Shown here in pieces: positions 9,008 through 18,752 of a stretch of DNA of 64,000 nt; position 1 is the first letter of the stretch; every line of letters begins with the position of its first letter. A model generated the notes under the pieces. The model was not told the origin of the DNA, searched no databases, and saw only the letters and a program-made list of their open reading frames with translations. The stretch is from an uncultured Myxococcales bacterium. GTDB taxonomy: Bacteria; Myxococcota_A; UBA9042. A program made the translations under genes and the position numbers. The stretch lies in NCBI GenBank assembly GCA_903850505.1, contig CAINLT010000173.1, forward strand, positions 7,120 through 71,119, read 5' to 3'.

Positions 9008-10633
9008 TCAGGTCGCTGCCAAATCCGCGAGGATCCGCTTGGCCGCCTGTTCGCCGGACATCATCGCGCCCACAATGCCGTGGCCCGCGCGCGTCGACGC
9101 GCCACAGAAATACAGACCCGCCATGGGACCGCGATAGCCCGGGCGATTGCGCAGGAACTGCGCCGGAATCGCGGCGAGACCGTAGCCCGTGCCGTCCGTC
9201 GCCCGCGTGAAGCGCGTGTGCGTGAGCGGCGTCGCCGATTCCTTGAACACGACGCGTCCCGCCGCACCGGGGCAGAGGCCATCCAGGCGCCGCAGCAGGT
9301 CGTCTTCCACCGCTTGTTTCTTGGCCAGATAGACCGGGTTCTTCCGGTAGCTGTCGTTCCACAGCGACTCCGGCGTCACGCCCCACGCTTCCGGCTTGCC
9401 GGCTGACAGCGCCATCACTTCCACGCCGGTCATGCCGTCGGGCGCGTGTCCCGGCGTCGTCGGATCCTTGGCCGTGCCGCTCGTCACGTAGCAGCCCCGC
9501 GGCAGCGCGCCGGTCGCGGCGTCGGCGTAGTAGCGTTCGGCGTCGTAGTCGTCAAACTGCCAGAAGTTGCTCGCTGACAGGCCGTTTTCCGCCGCCGTCC
9601 CTTGCAGGCCAAAACAGGAGAGGAAGAGCGCGCCGCCCATCTGCATCTGATCGGCCTTCTGCACCCAACTGTCCGGCAACTGCTCCGGTCCCACCAGCTT
9701 CAGCAGCGTCGCTTTCATGTCGGCGTTCGACAGCACGAGCTTCGCGCGCACGTCGTGGCTCGCGCCGTGCACTTCCTCCGTCAGGACGCCCACCGCCTTG
9801 CCGTCCTCGATGCGGATTTTCGCGATGCCGCAGCGCAGGTGGACCGTGCCGCCCGCCGCTTCAATCGTGTCCGCGAGGCTGTCCGCGATCGTCTGCCCGC
9901 CACCCTTGGGATAGTACGCGCCGTGGAAATAGTGGTTGGCCAGCCCGCAATGCAGCAGCGCGCTGGCCTGCGACGGCGGCACGCCATAGTCGCCGGATTG
10001 TCCCAACAGCACCGCCCGCAGTGCCTTGTCCTGCGTGCAATCGTCCAGCACCTGGGCGATCGTGGCGTTCTGGTACCGCAGCAGCAACCGGCCGTGCAGC
10101 AGCGTATCGACCGCCATGCCGAAGCCCAGCTTGCCACCCGCGCTCTCCATCTTGCGCGTCGTGCGGTCGATCTCCAGCAGCAACTGCACGTAGCGGTCTA
10201 TGCCCTTCTTTTCCTTGGGAAAGTGCTCGTAGAGCCGCTGCCGGTACTTCTCGTGGCCCACCGGGATGCGAAACCGCATGCCGGGCAGCACGATCGTGTC
10301 AAAGCCGTCCGGATCCAGCTCCGCGTACTCCAGCGTCACGCCGACTTGGCGGAGCAGGCTGGGAATCTTGCCCGTCGGACCGCAGTCGCCGATGTAGTGC
10401 AAGCCGACGTCAAAGCGCCACCGGGCGTCCGAGCGACCGCGCTCGAACATCGTCGCGCAGCCGCCGGCGACGTAGTGCTGGTCAAAGATCGCGACCTTGA
10501 GGCCGCTGCGGGCGAGGATCGCGCCCGCCATCAAGCCGCCCGGTCCGGCACCGACAATCGCGACGTCCACGCTGGCAGGAATGGGCGTGCGGACGCGTGC
10601 GGCGGTTTTGGCGACGGGCGAGTGCAGGGACAT
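9008..10633 (-). CDS. NAD(P)/FAD-dependent oxidoreductase, phytoene-desaturase (CrtI-like) family
   Basis: Rossmann motif VAIVGAGPGGLMAGAILARSGLKVAIFDQHYVAGG and C-terminal FCGASTRAGHGIVG. The substrate is unknown. The start lies 2 nt after the pfk stop, so the two genes are probably an operon. Confidence 0.75.
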   Translation of the reverse strand: MSLHSPVAKTAARVRTPIPASVDVAIVGAGPGGLMAGAILARSGLKVAIFDQHYVAGGCATMFERGRSDARWRFDVGLHYIGDCGPTGKIPSLLRQVGVTLEYAELDPDGFDTIVLPGMRFRIPVGHEKYRQRLYEHFPKEKKGIDRYVQLLLEIDRTTRKMESAGGKLGFGMAVDTLLHGRLLLRYQNATIAQVLDDCTQDKALRAVLLGQSGDYGVPPSQASALLHCGLANHYFHGAYYPKGGGQTIADSLADTIEAAGGTVHLRCGIAKIRIEDGKAVGVLTEEVHGASHDVRAKLVLSNADMKATLLKLVGPEQLPDSWVQKADQMQMGGALFLSCFGLQGTAAENGLSASNFWQFDDYDAERYYADAATGALPRGCYVTSGTAKDPTTPGHAPDGMTGVEVMALSAGKPEAWGVTPESLWNDSYRKNPVYLAKKQAVEDDLLRRLDGLCPGAAGRVVFKESATPLTHTRFTRATDGTGYGLAAIPAQFLRNRPGYRGPMAGLYFCGASTRAGHGIVGAMMSGEQAAKRILADLAAT

Positions 10634-10635
10634 GG

Positions 10636-11745
10636 TCAGTCTCCAAAACAGATGCCGACAGCCCGCGCGTGCTGGACCATTTGGCCCTGCGGATCGACGT
10701 TGTGCGGCTTGTCGATGCCTTCAACAAGCGGAACGTTTTCGATGGCGGTGCCGCGCAGACAGACCATCCGATTCCACTGGCCGTTGAGCGCCAGCGTCGC
10801 AGCTTCAGCGCCAAAACGCAGGGAAATCAGGCGATCGTAGGCACACGGCGAGCCGCCGCGCTGGATGTGACCCAGCACCGTCGTGCGGACTTCCGGCGCG
10901 CCACGTGGCCGATCCCACTCCGCCATCCCCTCGCGCAGCGCGTATTCCAGGCGGGCACCTGCGCCGCCCAAGCGCGCGACGCTGCCCGATCGGGTGCCCT
11001 CAATGTGCTGCACGTGGCCGCCCGCCGGAAACGCGCCTTCCGCAACGACGATCAGCGTGTAATTGCGGTGTTCCTCGTCCCAATGGCGGCGGATGCGCGC
11101 CAGCACGGACTCCACCGAGTACGGAATCTCCGGAATCAGGATGATGTGCGCGCCGCCCGTCAGCCCGCTCTCCAGGGCGATCCAGCCGGCATAGCGGCCC
11201 ATCACTTCCATGATCATCACGCGGTCGTGCGACTCGCCGGTCGTCTTCAGCCGGTCCAGCGCTTCCATTGCGGTCTCCACCGCGGTGAAGAAGCCGAATG
11301 TGTTGTCCGTGCTGCCCAAGTCGTTGTCGATCGTTTTGGGCACGCCGATGACGTTCGCGCCCATCAAGTTGAGTTCGTGGGCAATCGACAGCGTGCCGTC
11401 GCCGCCGATGGCGATCACGCCATCCATGCCGAGCTTCTTGATGTTGTCGACGATCTGCTGGCTGCGGTCTTCGGTGACTTCGATGCCGCCGACGTTGTGC
11501 ACGTACTTGAACGGATTGCCGCGGTTCGTGCTGCCGAGCACCGTGCCGCCGCGCGAGAAGATGTCGCGCACGTCTGCGACGCCCAAGTGGCGCATCTCGC
11601 CGGGCTCGACCAATCCTTCAAATCCATCAGGAATGCCAAGGACTTCCACGCCGGATTCAGCGCACGTCCGGACGACTGCCCAAATCACGGCATTCAGTCC
11701 GGGGCAGTCACCGCCGCCGGTCAAGAGGCCAATTCGTCGCGTCAT
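10636..11745 (-). CDS. pfkA: ATP-dependent 6-phosphofructokinase
   Basis: Motifs GGGDCPGLNAVI, IGGDGT, PKTIDNDL and MGRYAGWIAL. A GGAG RBS lies about 6 nt upstream of ATG 11745. The longer start at 11805 was rejected. Confidence 0.9.
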   Translation of the reverse strand: MTRRIGLLTGGGDCPGLNAVIWAVVRTCAESGVEVLGIPDGFEGLVEPGEMRHLGVADVRDIFSRGGTVLGSTNRGNPFKYVHNVGGIEVTEDRSQQIVDNIKKLGMDGVIAIGGDGTLSIAHELNLMGANVIGVPKTIDNDLGSTDNTFGFFTAVETAMEALDRLKTTGESHDRVMIMEVMGRYAGWIALESGLTGGAHIILIPEIPYSVESVLARIRRHWDEEHRNYTLIVVAEGAFPAGGHVQHIEGTRSGSVARLGGAGARLEYALREGMAEWDRPRGAPEVRTTVLGHIQRGGSPCAYDRLISLRFGAEAATLALNGQWNRMVCLRGTAIENVPLVEGIDKPHNVDPQGQMVQHARAVGICFGD

Positions 11746-11884
11746 TGCGTTCTCCGTTGTGATTCTGCGCCCGCGACAGGTTAGCAGGCTGGCGGCAAAG
11801 CTCAACGCACGGTTGCGTCTTCTGGTCCGCTTTCCGCGAGCGTGTTACACTTCGCGCGCCGGTATTGCTGGCGACGAGGTGGTT

Positions 11885-12313
11885 ATGCCCCGCTTCTGGA
11901 TTTTGCCGTTGCCGCTCATGCTGTTTGTCGCCTGTGGTGCGCCGATGGCCGGCAACTGGCACGGTACATTTGACCGCGGTCCGATCGCCGCCCACCCGCT
12001 TTTGCTGCACATCCAGGACGACGGCCAAAAGGGCTGGCTGGAAGTGCGCGAGCCCGGCAAGGCGTTCGCCCGCTTCACGGTCTGCAGCGTGGACGTCGAT
12101 CCGAATCGCCGCGTGACGCTGACGTATGACGCCAACCGGCCGAATTGCGACGCGGGCACTCAGAACCCCGATCCATCTGAGCTGCGCACGCTCAAAGGCC
12201 ACGTCGGCGAAGCCGTTTTCTACGGCGACGTCCTGCGCGGCGTGGAGAACCTCGGTTTCTTCCGAATCTTTCGCGATGCTGAACACCTGCCAGAAGACGT
12301 GACCGGCAGTTAG
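11885..12313 (+). CDS. Hypothetical small lipoprotein
   Basis: It begins MPRFWILPLPLMLFVACG (lipobox). It shares a frame with track ORF 11210-12313, but the upstream part of that ORF is antisense to pfk. GC3 is high. Confidence 0.55.
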   Translation: MPRFWILPLPLMLFVACGAPMAGNWHGTFDRGPIAAHPLLLHIQDDGQKGWLEVREPGKAFARFTVCSVDVDPNRRVTLTYDANRPNCDAGTQNPDPSELRTLKGHVGEAVFYGDVLRGVENLGFFRIFRDAEHLPEDVTGS

Positions 12314-12363
12314 CCGCCACACGTTGCTGTTTTCCTGTAGCTTTTGTCCACAAGGAGTATGTC

Positions 12364-12660
12364 ATGGCCGACTGCAATCTGACCCGCAAGCACAGCTTCC
12401 CGACCGACCTCGCCACCACCAAGCTGCACACGCTGGTGGGCAAGTTCCAGGAGTCGTACGGCAACATGATCGAGACCGTGACCTGGGCGGACGACAAGCG
12501 CAGCGCGACCGCGGAAGGCAAGATGTTCACCGCCCAGTTTGGCGTGACGGACAGCGAGATCAAGGCGGAAATCGAGCTCAAGGGCTTCGCCGCCAAGATG
12601 GCCAAGGGCATGATCCAGCAGAAGCTGGAGAAGTCCGTGTCTGAAGAGTTCCCGGCCTAA
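12364..12660 (+). CDS. Small conserved protein resembling the polyhydroxyalkanoic-acid-system family (PHA_gran_rgn-like), tentative
   Basis: 98 aa with an AAGGAG RBS upstream. The layout (R.H.....A......L....YG......W......G....G...V......I..EI.L) matches my memory of TIGR02610-type proteins. No search was run. Confidence 0.45.
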   Translation: MADCNLTRKHSFPTDLATTKLHTLVGKFQESYGNMIETVTWADDKRSATAEGKMFTAQFGVTDSEIKAEIELKGFAAKMAKGMIQQKLEKSVSEEFPA

Positions 12661-13599
12661 ATGCCCCGTCCTTCCGCGATGACCAGCCGCGTCCTGCGCG
12701 CGCTGTTGAGTCTGTGCGTTTGCGCACTGGCGGTGCCGGCTTTTGCCGCGAAACCGCCAGTGCGCGACGTCATCGCGGAAGCGCAGCAGTGCTACGGCAC
12801 CGGCGACTTGGCGTGCGTGCTGCGCGTTCTCAGCGGCGCGGTCGTTGCGCCCGGTCAGGAATCCGAGCAATTCCGCCTCCTGGCGTTTGCCGCCGCGCGT
12901 CTGGACCAACATGACGCGGCGCGGCAGCACTTTGCCACGTGGCTGAACCTGTCGCCGCACAACCGGCTGGAGCGCGCGACAACGCCGCCCAACGTCTATC
13001 AGGACTACACCGCGGCGCTGCTGGCGGCGCAGACGGACGCGTTGGACTGGACGCCGCAGGTGGAGAATCACGCCGTGCTGGCGCCGCTGGGCGTGACCCC
13101 GACGGACCTGCCGCGGTTTGCCCCGCCGCCGCGGGTGCACAGCGATTTGCCGCAGCGGATGTCTTACCTGATCGGCGTGCACGGCTCGCTGCCGACGAAG
13201 AACGATTGGGGTCCGCCGTGGGCGCACATCGGCATCGCGATGGGCATTGAACTGGATTTGCCATATGGGCTGCGCGTCGGCGGGCTGTTTGGCGGCTGGC
13301 AGCGTCCCGACAACGGCGCGTACCGCTGGAATCCGTACACGCTGCTGCGCGCCGGCATTGGCGGGCAGTGGGGTGACCACGGTCTGGACCTGCTGATCGG
13401 TGGCGGCGTGGCGCTTGATACGGGTGACGACAGCGTTGTCGGTGCGCTCGCGCCGGCATTGCGCTATCATTGGCGTCCGGCGGAACGCTTGGTCGGTTTC
13501 TACACGGAACTGGCGAGCCAGACGCTGTTTGGCAGCAAGACAACCACGGAAGTCATCGGCATTACGTTGGGCGTGCTCTTGCGCCCGACCAGCCATTGA
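12661..13599 (+). CDS. Hypothetical secreted protein (helical N-terminal part, Gly/aromatic-rich C-terminal part)
   Basis: Signal peptide LRALLSLCVCALAVPAFA. The ATG directly abuts the stop of the preceding small gene. Codon bias is coding-like. No recognisable family. Confidence 0.55.
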   Translation: MPRPSAMTSRVLRALLSLCVCALAVPAFAAKPPVRDVIAEAQQCYGTGDLACVLRVLSGAVVAPGQESEQFRLLAFAAARLDQHDAARQHFATWLNLSPHNRLERATTPPNVYQDYTAALLAAQTDALDWTPQVENHAVLAPLGVTPTDLPRFAPPPRVHSDLPQRMSYLIGVHGSLPTKNDWGPPWAHIGIAMGIELDLPYGLRVGGLFGGWQRPDNGAYRWNPYTLLRAGIGGQWGDHGLDLLIGGGVALDTGDDSVVGALAPALRYHWRPAERLVGFYTELASQTLFGSKTTTEVIGITLGVLLRPTSH

Positions 13600-13678
13600 C
13601 CGCCGTGCGCACCCAACTTTGAGGCCCTCTGTGGACAGCGCCGCAACGACGGAAAATTTCACGGCTCCGGAAGCGACG

Positions 13679-14674
13679 ATGGACGACCTCGAAGCGCTGG
13701 AATTTGCCCGCTCGGCGCGCGAACGCGTGCTGGCGCAGATTGGCAAGCGCGTGGTCGGCCAGGATCAGGTGATTGACCTGCTGTTGACCGCGCTGTTCGC
13801 CAATGGCCACGCGCTGTCGATCGGCGTGCCGGGTCTCGCCAAGACGCTGCTCATCCAGACGCTGTCAGAGACGCTGCAGCTCAAGTTCGGCCGGATCCAG
13901 TTCACGCCCGATCTGATGCCGTCGGACGTGACGGGTACGGAAGTGCTGGAGGAAGAGCGCGCGACGGGGCACCGCGTCTATCGCTTCATTCCCGGGCCGG
14001 TTTTTGCCCAGATCCTGCTGGCGGACGAAATCAACCGCACGCCGCCCAAGACCCAAGCGGCGCTGCTCCAGGCGATGCAGGAGCGCAAGGTGACCGTCGG
14101 CGGCGTGCAGCACGGGCTGGATGAGCCGTTCCTGGTGCTGGCGACGCAGAATCCGATTGAACAGCACGGGACGTACCCGCTGCCGGAAGCGCAACTGGAC
14201 CGCTTCATGCTGGCGATCCACTTTGATTATCCGGCGTGGGAAGAAGAGCTGGAGATCGTGCGGCGGACCACAGGCGTCGAACAGCCGAAAGTGGAGGCCG
14301 TGCTCACCCGCGCGCAAGTGTTGCGCATCCAGGCGCTGGCGCGCGCGGTGCCGGTGGCCGAGCACGTGCTGCAATACGCGGTAAAGCTGGTGCGCGCGAC
14401 GCGGCCCGATGACGCGATGTGCCCGCCCGGACTCCGGCCGCTGCTGGCGTATGGCGCGAGTCCGCGGGCGTCGCAGTGCATCATTCTGGCGGCCAAGTCC
14501 CGCGCGGTGCTGATGGGCCGCGCCACGGTGAGCCTGGACGACGTGCGGTCGCTGGCGGTCGCGACCGTGGCGCACCGCGTCGTGCCGAGCTTCCGCGCTG
14601 AGGCCGAGGGCATGGACGGTCGCAAGCTTGTCGAGCGCCTGCTGGCGGAGATTCCCGCTTCCGTGACGGCCTAG
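13679..14674 (+). CDS. MoxR-family AAA+ ATPase
   Basis: Walker A region GVPGLAKT, Walker B LLADEINR, and VLATQNPIEQHGTYPLPEAQLDRF, typical of MoxR/AAA_3. ATG 13679 is preferred to the long track ORF start at 13400. Confidence 0.9.
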   Translation: MDDLEALEFARSARERVLAQIGKRVVGQDQVIDLLLTALFANGHALSIGVPGLAKTLLIQTLSETLQLKFGRIQFTPDLMPSDVTGTEVLEEERATGHRVYRFIPGPVFAQILLADEINRTPPKTQAALLQAMQERKVTVGGVQHGLDEPFLVLATQNPIEQHGTYPLPEAQLDRFMLAIHFDYPAWEEELEIVRRTTGVEQPKVEAVLTRAQVLRIQALARAVPVAEHVLQYAVKLVRATRPDDAMCPPGLRPLLAYGASPRASQCIILAAKSRAVLMGRATVSLDDVRSLAVATVAHRVVPSFRAEAEGMDGRKLVERLLAEIPASVTA

Positions 14675-14677
14675 GCC

Positions 14678-15856
14678 ATGGCGGATCGCGGTTTTGGCGG
14701 CCTGGGCGGCGGCCTTGGGCGGTGGCTGCAAGCGCGGCAACGGCCGCAGCAGTCTGCGCCGACCCAGCCGCAGAAGCCGCGCGATCGCGGTCGTTTGGAG
14801 CGCATGCCCGCGCCGCGCGGTCACGACGCGCTGCATGAAAAAGCCTGGAACGCCCAATTGAACTGGTTTGCTGACGACGCCGTTGAGCGTCAGACGCTTG
14901 CGCAACGCGCCACCGAAGTGCTCGCGGGCCTCGGGCCGCTGCAGTTGCCGGCGCGCCAGGTGGACGATGGCCAGCCGGGCGGTCTGCACCGGTCCTTGCG
15001 GCGCGGCGGCGGCGTGGAATTCAGCGACCACAAGGAATACGCGCCGGGCGACGATCTGCGCCATCTGGACTGGAAGGCGTGGGCGCGCACGGACCGCTAC
15101 TACATCAAGCGCTACGAGCAGGAAGTCCACGCGAGCCTGACGCTTGTGCTGGATGCATCGGCGTCCATGGCGTTTGCCGACGGCCAGAGCGACAAGTTCG
15201 ACGCCGTGCGGCTGCTGCTGGCGGTCCTCGCGCTGGTTCTCGTCCGGCAGGGCGACGCGGTCGCGCTCGTCGTGATTGGCAGGCCGGAGCTGAACGTCCC
15301 GACAGGTTCAGGCCTGCGGCAGTTCAGCCAGATCTGCGAGCGCCTTCAGGGCATTGTGCCGAGCGGTCAGGCGGGGCTGGACCATTTGGGGCCGGCGTCC
15401 TGGCGTGGCATGGATCGCCGCGGCGTGGCCGTGGTGGCGACGGATGCGCTCGTCGCGCCGGAGATGGCGGTGGAGCCGCTCTACGACCTGAAGCGCACCG
15501 GTCTGGATGTCCTGCTGCTCCACACGCTGCATCCACGCGAGCGCGACCTGGATTTTCACGGTCCAACGACGCTGGTGTGCCCGGAGACCGACGATCGCCG
15601 GCTGACCGATCCGCGGCTGACCCGGCCGGCCTTCCAACGGCTGATGGCGCAGCACTGCGATCGTCTGCGGACGCTGACGACCCACGGCGGCCTCGGCTAT
15701 TTGCAGGTCGACACCTCGATCGATCCGCGCGGCGTCATGCGCCAAGTCCTGCGGGCGACCGCGCGTTTGCGCAAGCGCGCCGATCCGGTGCTCGATGCCG
15801 GCGCTTATGGCGATGGCGGCGTTGACACGGATGTGCTGCTGGCCGACGAAGGCTGA
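14678..15856 (+). CDS. DUF58 domain protein (MoxR partner)
   Basis: It carries the signature DHKEYAPGDDLRHLDWKAWARTDRYYIKRYEQE and starts 3 nt after the MoxR stop. Confidence 0.85.
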   Translation: MADRGFGGLGGGLGRWLQARQRPQQSAPTQPQKPRDRGRLERMPAPRGHDALHEKAWNAQLNWFADDAVERQTLAQRATEVLAGLGPLQLPARQVDDGQPGGLHRSLRRGGGVEFSDHKEYAPGDDLRHLDWKAWARTDRYYIKRYEQEVHASLTLVLDASASMAFADGQSDKFDAVRLLLAVLALVLVRQGDAVALVVIGRPELNVPTGSGLRQFSQICERLQGIVPSGQAGLDHLGPASWRGMDRRGVAVVATDALVAPEMAVEPLYDLKRTGLDVLLLHTLHPRERDLDFHGPTTLVCPETDDRRLTDPRLTRPAFQRLMAQHCDRLRTLTTHGGLGYLQVDTSIDPRGVMRQVLRATARLRKRADPVLDAGAYGDGGVDTDVLLADEG

Positions 15857-15970
15857 CGCCGCGACCTCGTTCGCCAACAACTCCGCCCGCTTTCGCCCGG
15901 ACACTTGCCAAGCGGGCGTGTGTGACCTAAATCGATGCGCAGTCCCGCTTACCCTTATCAGGAGATCTCC

Positions 15971-16552
15971 ATGGCTATCACTCTCGCCCCGCTGCCCTAC
16001 GCCAAAGACGCGCTCGCCCCGTACCTGACTGCTGAAACGCTCGAGTACCACTACGGCAAGCACCACAACGCCTACGTCGTGAACCTCAACAAATTCATCG
16101 ACGACGGCAAGGCGGACGGCGCCAAGACGCTGGAGCAGATCATCTTGTCGTCCGACGGCCCGGTGTTCAACAACGCCGCGCAGGTGTGGAACCACACGTT
16201 CTTCTGGAACAGCATGAAGCCCGCTGGCGGCGGCAAGCCCACCGGCAAGATCGCCGCGCAGATCGCCGCCGATTTTGGCAGCTACGACGCGTTTCGCGCC
16301 GAGTTCATCGCGGCCGCCATGGGCCAGTTCGGCTCCGGCTGGGCGTGGCTCGTGCTCGACGGCGGCAAGCTGAAGATCACCAAGACGTCCAACGCCGACC
16401 TGCCGATGAAGGCCGGTCAGACCGCGATCATCACGATCGACGTGTGGGAGCACGCCTACTACATCGACTACCGCAACCTGCGGCAGAAGTGGGCGGAGAC
16501 GTTCCTGGACAGCTTGGTCAACTGGGAATTTGCCAACGCCAACTTGGGCTGA
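15971..16552 (+). CDS. sodB: Fe/Mn superoxide dismutase
   Basis: MAITLAPLPYAKDALAPYL, YHYGKHHNAYV and DVWEHAYYIDYRN. An AGGAGA RBS lies upstream of ATG 15971. Confidence 0.93.
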   Translation: MAITLAPLPYAKDALAPYLTAETLEYHYGKHHNAYVVNLNKFIDDGKADGAKTLEQIILSSDGPVFNNAAQVWNHTFFWNSMKPAGGGKPTGKIAAQIAADFGSYDAFRAEFIAAAMGQFGSGWAWLVLDGGKLKITKTSNADLPMKAGQTAIITIDVWEHAYYIDYRNLRQKWAETFLDSLVNWEFANANLG

Positions 16553-16564
16553 CAGCAAGCCGGG

Positions 16565-18733
16565 ATGATTGATTTCGGCAACCCGTGGATGCTGATCGGC
16601 CTGCTGGCAGCAGGCTTGCCGATCGCTTTGCATCTTTTTGGCCGCCGGCACGCGCCGACGATCCGGTTTGCGGCGTTGGCGTTTATTCTGGCGAGTCATC
16701 CGCGCGAGGCACGGGCGCTGCGCGTCAACGAGTGGCTGCTTGTGGCAGTGCGCGCGTTGGCGGTGGCGCTCGTCGCCATCGCGTTGTCCAGGCCGATGAT
16801 TGCGCTGCCCGGTGCCGCGGCGGAAGGCATCGATACGGGCGACCGCCCCGTGGCCGCCGTCATCGTGCTGGACGACAGCATGTCCACGCGGGCCCGCACA
16901 AGCGGTACTGAGACGGTGTTTGATCGCCTCCGCGCCCGCGCTTTGGTGACCGTGGAGCGTCTGCCTGCCGGCTCCAAGGTGGCGGTCGTCGCTTCCGGCT
17001 TTCCAGCGCGGCTCCTGACCCGCCAGCTGACCAGCGATCGCAGCGCCGTGCTGGACGCTATCCGCCTGCTGCCACACCGGCCGCGCAAAGACGACGCTGC
17101 GCGCGCGCTGGCGATGGCCGACAACGTGCTGCAAACCGCGGATTTGGACGATCGGCGCCTGCTTGTGCTGACGGATCTGCAAGCGAGCGGCTGGCAAGGC
17201 GTGGCGTTGCCATCCCAGACGCGCGCCGGTGTGCCCGTGCGGGTGCGCGTGGACCGCGTGGAGCCTGGATCGCGCGAGAACGCCGCAATTACCGACGCCG
17301 TCGTCGTGCCGCAGACTGATCGCGGACCGGATCAAGTGCGCCTGGACGTGACCGTGCAGCACTACGGCGAGCGGCCCTACCGCGGCTACCTGACCGTAAA
17401 AGTGGCGGAACGCGAGTGGCAGAGCCTCGTGGAGTTGCCCGTCGGCGGCACGGCGCAGCGCAGTTTTCAGGTGACGGCGTCGGCGCCCATGGCGGAGATT
17501 CGCCTGCCCGACGACGCGCTGGACGTCGACAACTACCGGCAAGTGCGGCTGGACGGCGCGGCGGGCGTGCGCGTGGCGATCATCAACGGCGCGCCGCGGC
17601 CCGTTCCGCGGGACGACGAGGCGTGGTTCCTGGCCCGCGCGCTGGAACTGAGCGCGGATCGGCCCGGTGCGCTCACGGTGGACACGCTGCAGCTGCCGAG
17701 CCTGTCCGTTGAAGCCTTGCGCGACTACGACGTGCTGGTGCTGGCCAACGTCGCCGAGCTGTCGGCGGAGCTCTCAGCAGGCATTGACGCGTCGGTGCAG
17801 GCAGGCAAAGGACTGCTGCTGACCGTTGGCGACAACCTGCCGGCGGATCCGGCGAGCTGGCTGCCCGGCCTGCTGCCCGTGCGCGTCTATGGCCAGCGTG
17901 CCGCGGAGTCGAGCGCCGGCCAGCGCCAAAGACCCACGACCGCGCTGCGCGTGGAGCCGAACAATCCGCACTCCGCGGTGACCGCATCGGTCCAGCGCCT
18001 GCGGACGGCGTTGGAGGCGTCGGTGGGTGAGACGCTCGGCGCCGTGACGGTGCGGCGGCACGCCCTGTTGGAGCCGTCGCTCACGCTGGCGGATCAGGCG
18101 GTGCTGCGCTACGCCGATGGCGCGCCCGCACTCGTCATGTCGGCCAGGGGGCGCGGGCAGGTCGCGCTCCTGACGACGACGATCGATCTGGATTGGGCCG
18201 ATCTGGCGCTGCAGCCCGGCTTCCTGCCGCTGGTCAGTGAAGTGGTGCGGAGCCTCGCGGGCGACCGCGGGCTGGAGCGGCGCGGCGCGGTGGAGGTCGG
18301 CGACGTGGCTGTTCTCGGTCGCGACGAGCGGGCGACCGACCTCGAGGTCAAGCTGGATTCCCGGCCGTTTGGCCCGGTCGCCCCGACGTTGTCCCTGCCC
18401 GCAGCGGCGCAGCGCGGCCATTCGTGGCAGGTGACGGGCCTGGATGAGCCGGGGCGCTACACGGCGACGGAACTCAAGAACGGCACGGCGCTGACGTCCC
18501 GGCTGCTTGTGACGGTGCCGCCCTTGCGCGAGAGTCGGCTGGTACCGGCCAAGACCGGCGCGCTGCTGATGGCGGACTCGGCCGATCGCAAGTCGACGCG
18601 CCACGTGGCCAAGTCGCCAGCGTGGTCGGGCGTGATCCTGATCCTGCTGGGGCTGCTGCTTTTTGAGGGCGTGCTGATTCTGCGCGGCGGAATGCTCGGG
18701 CGGCCCCCGAGGACTTTTGCGAATCCCGCATGA
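16565..18733 (+). CDS. BatA-domain / von Willebrand factor A-like membrane protein
   Basis: The N-terminal MIDFGNPWMLIGLLAAGLPIALHLFGRR matches the BatA aerotolerance N-terminal double-TM motif. There is a MIDAS-like DDSMS and a C-terminal TM (WSGVILILLGLLLFEGVLIL). Confidence 0.8.
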   Translation: MIDFGNPWMLIGLLAAGLPIALHLFGRRHAPTIRFAALAFILASHPREARALRVNEWLLVAVRALAVALVAIALSRPMIALPGAAAEGIDTGDRPVAAVIVLDDSMSTRARTSGTETVFDRLRARALVTVERLPAGSKVAVVASGFPARLLTRQLTSDRSAVLDAIRLLPHRPRKDDAARALAMADNVLQTADLDDRRLLVLTDLQASGWQGVALPSQTRAGVPVRVRVDRVEPGSRENAAITDAVVVPQTDRGPDQVRLDVTVQHYGERPYRGYLTVKVAEREWQSLVELPVGGTAQRSFQVTASAPMAEIRLPDDALDVDNYRQVRLDGAAGVRVAIINGAPRPVPRDDEAWFLARALELSADRPGALTVDTLQLPSLSVEALRDYDVLVLANVAELSAELSAGIDASVQAGKGLLLTVGDNLPADPASWLPGLLPVRVYGQRAAESSAGQRQRPTTALRVEPNNPHSAVTASVQRLRTALEASVGETLGAVTVRRHALLEPSLTLADQAVLRYADGAPALVMSARGRGQVALLTTTIDLDWADLALQPGFLPLVSEVVRSLAGDRGLERRGAVEVGDVAVLGRDERATDLEVKLDSRPFGPVAPTLSLPAAAQRGHSWQVTGLDEPGRYTATELKNGTALTSRLLVTVPPLRESRLVPAKTGALLMADSADRKSTRHVAKSPAWSGVILILLGLLLFEGVLILRGGMLGRPPRTFANPA

Positions 18734-18752
18734 CGGCTATGCTTCGGACCCC

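Noticed and set aside
11210-11884. N-terminal 225 codons of track ORF 11210-12313.
   Set aside because: This part is antisense to pfkA. The lipoprotein signal begins only at ATG 11885.
15905-15933. Possible sigma-70-type promoter upstream of sodB (TTGCCA-N17-TAAATC).
   Set aside because: The -10 element matches only 3/6 positions. That is not enough to report as a feature without TSS data.
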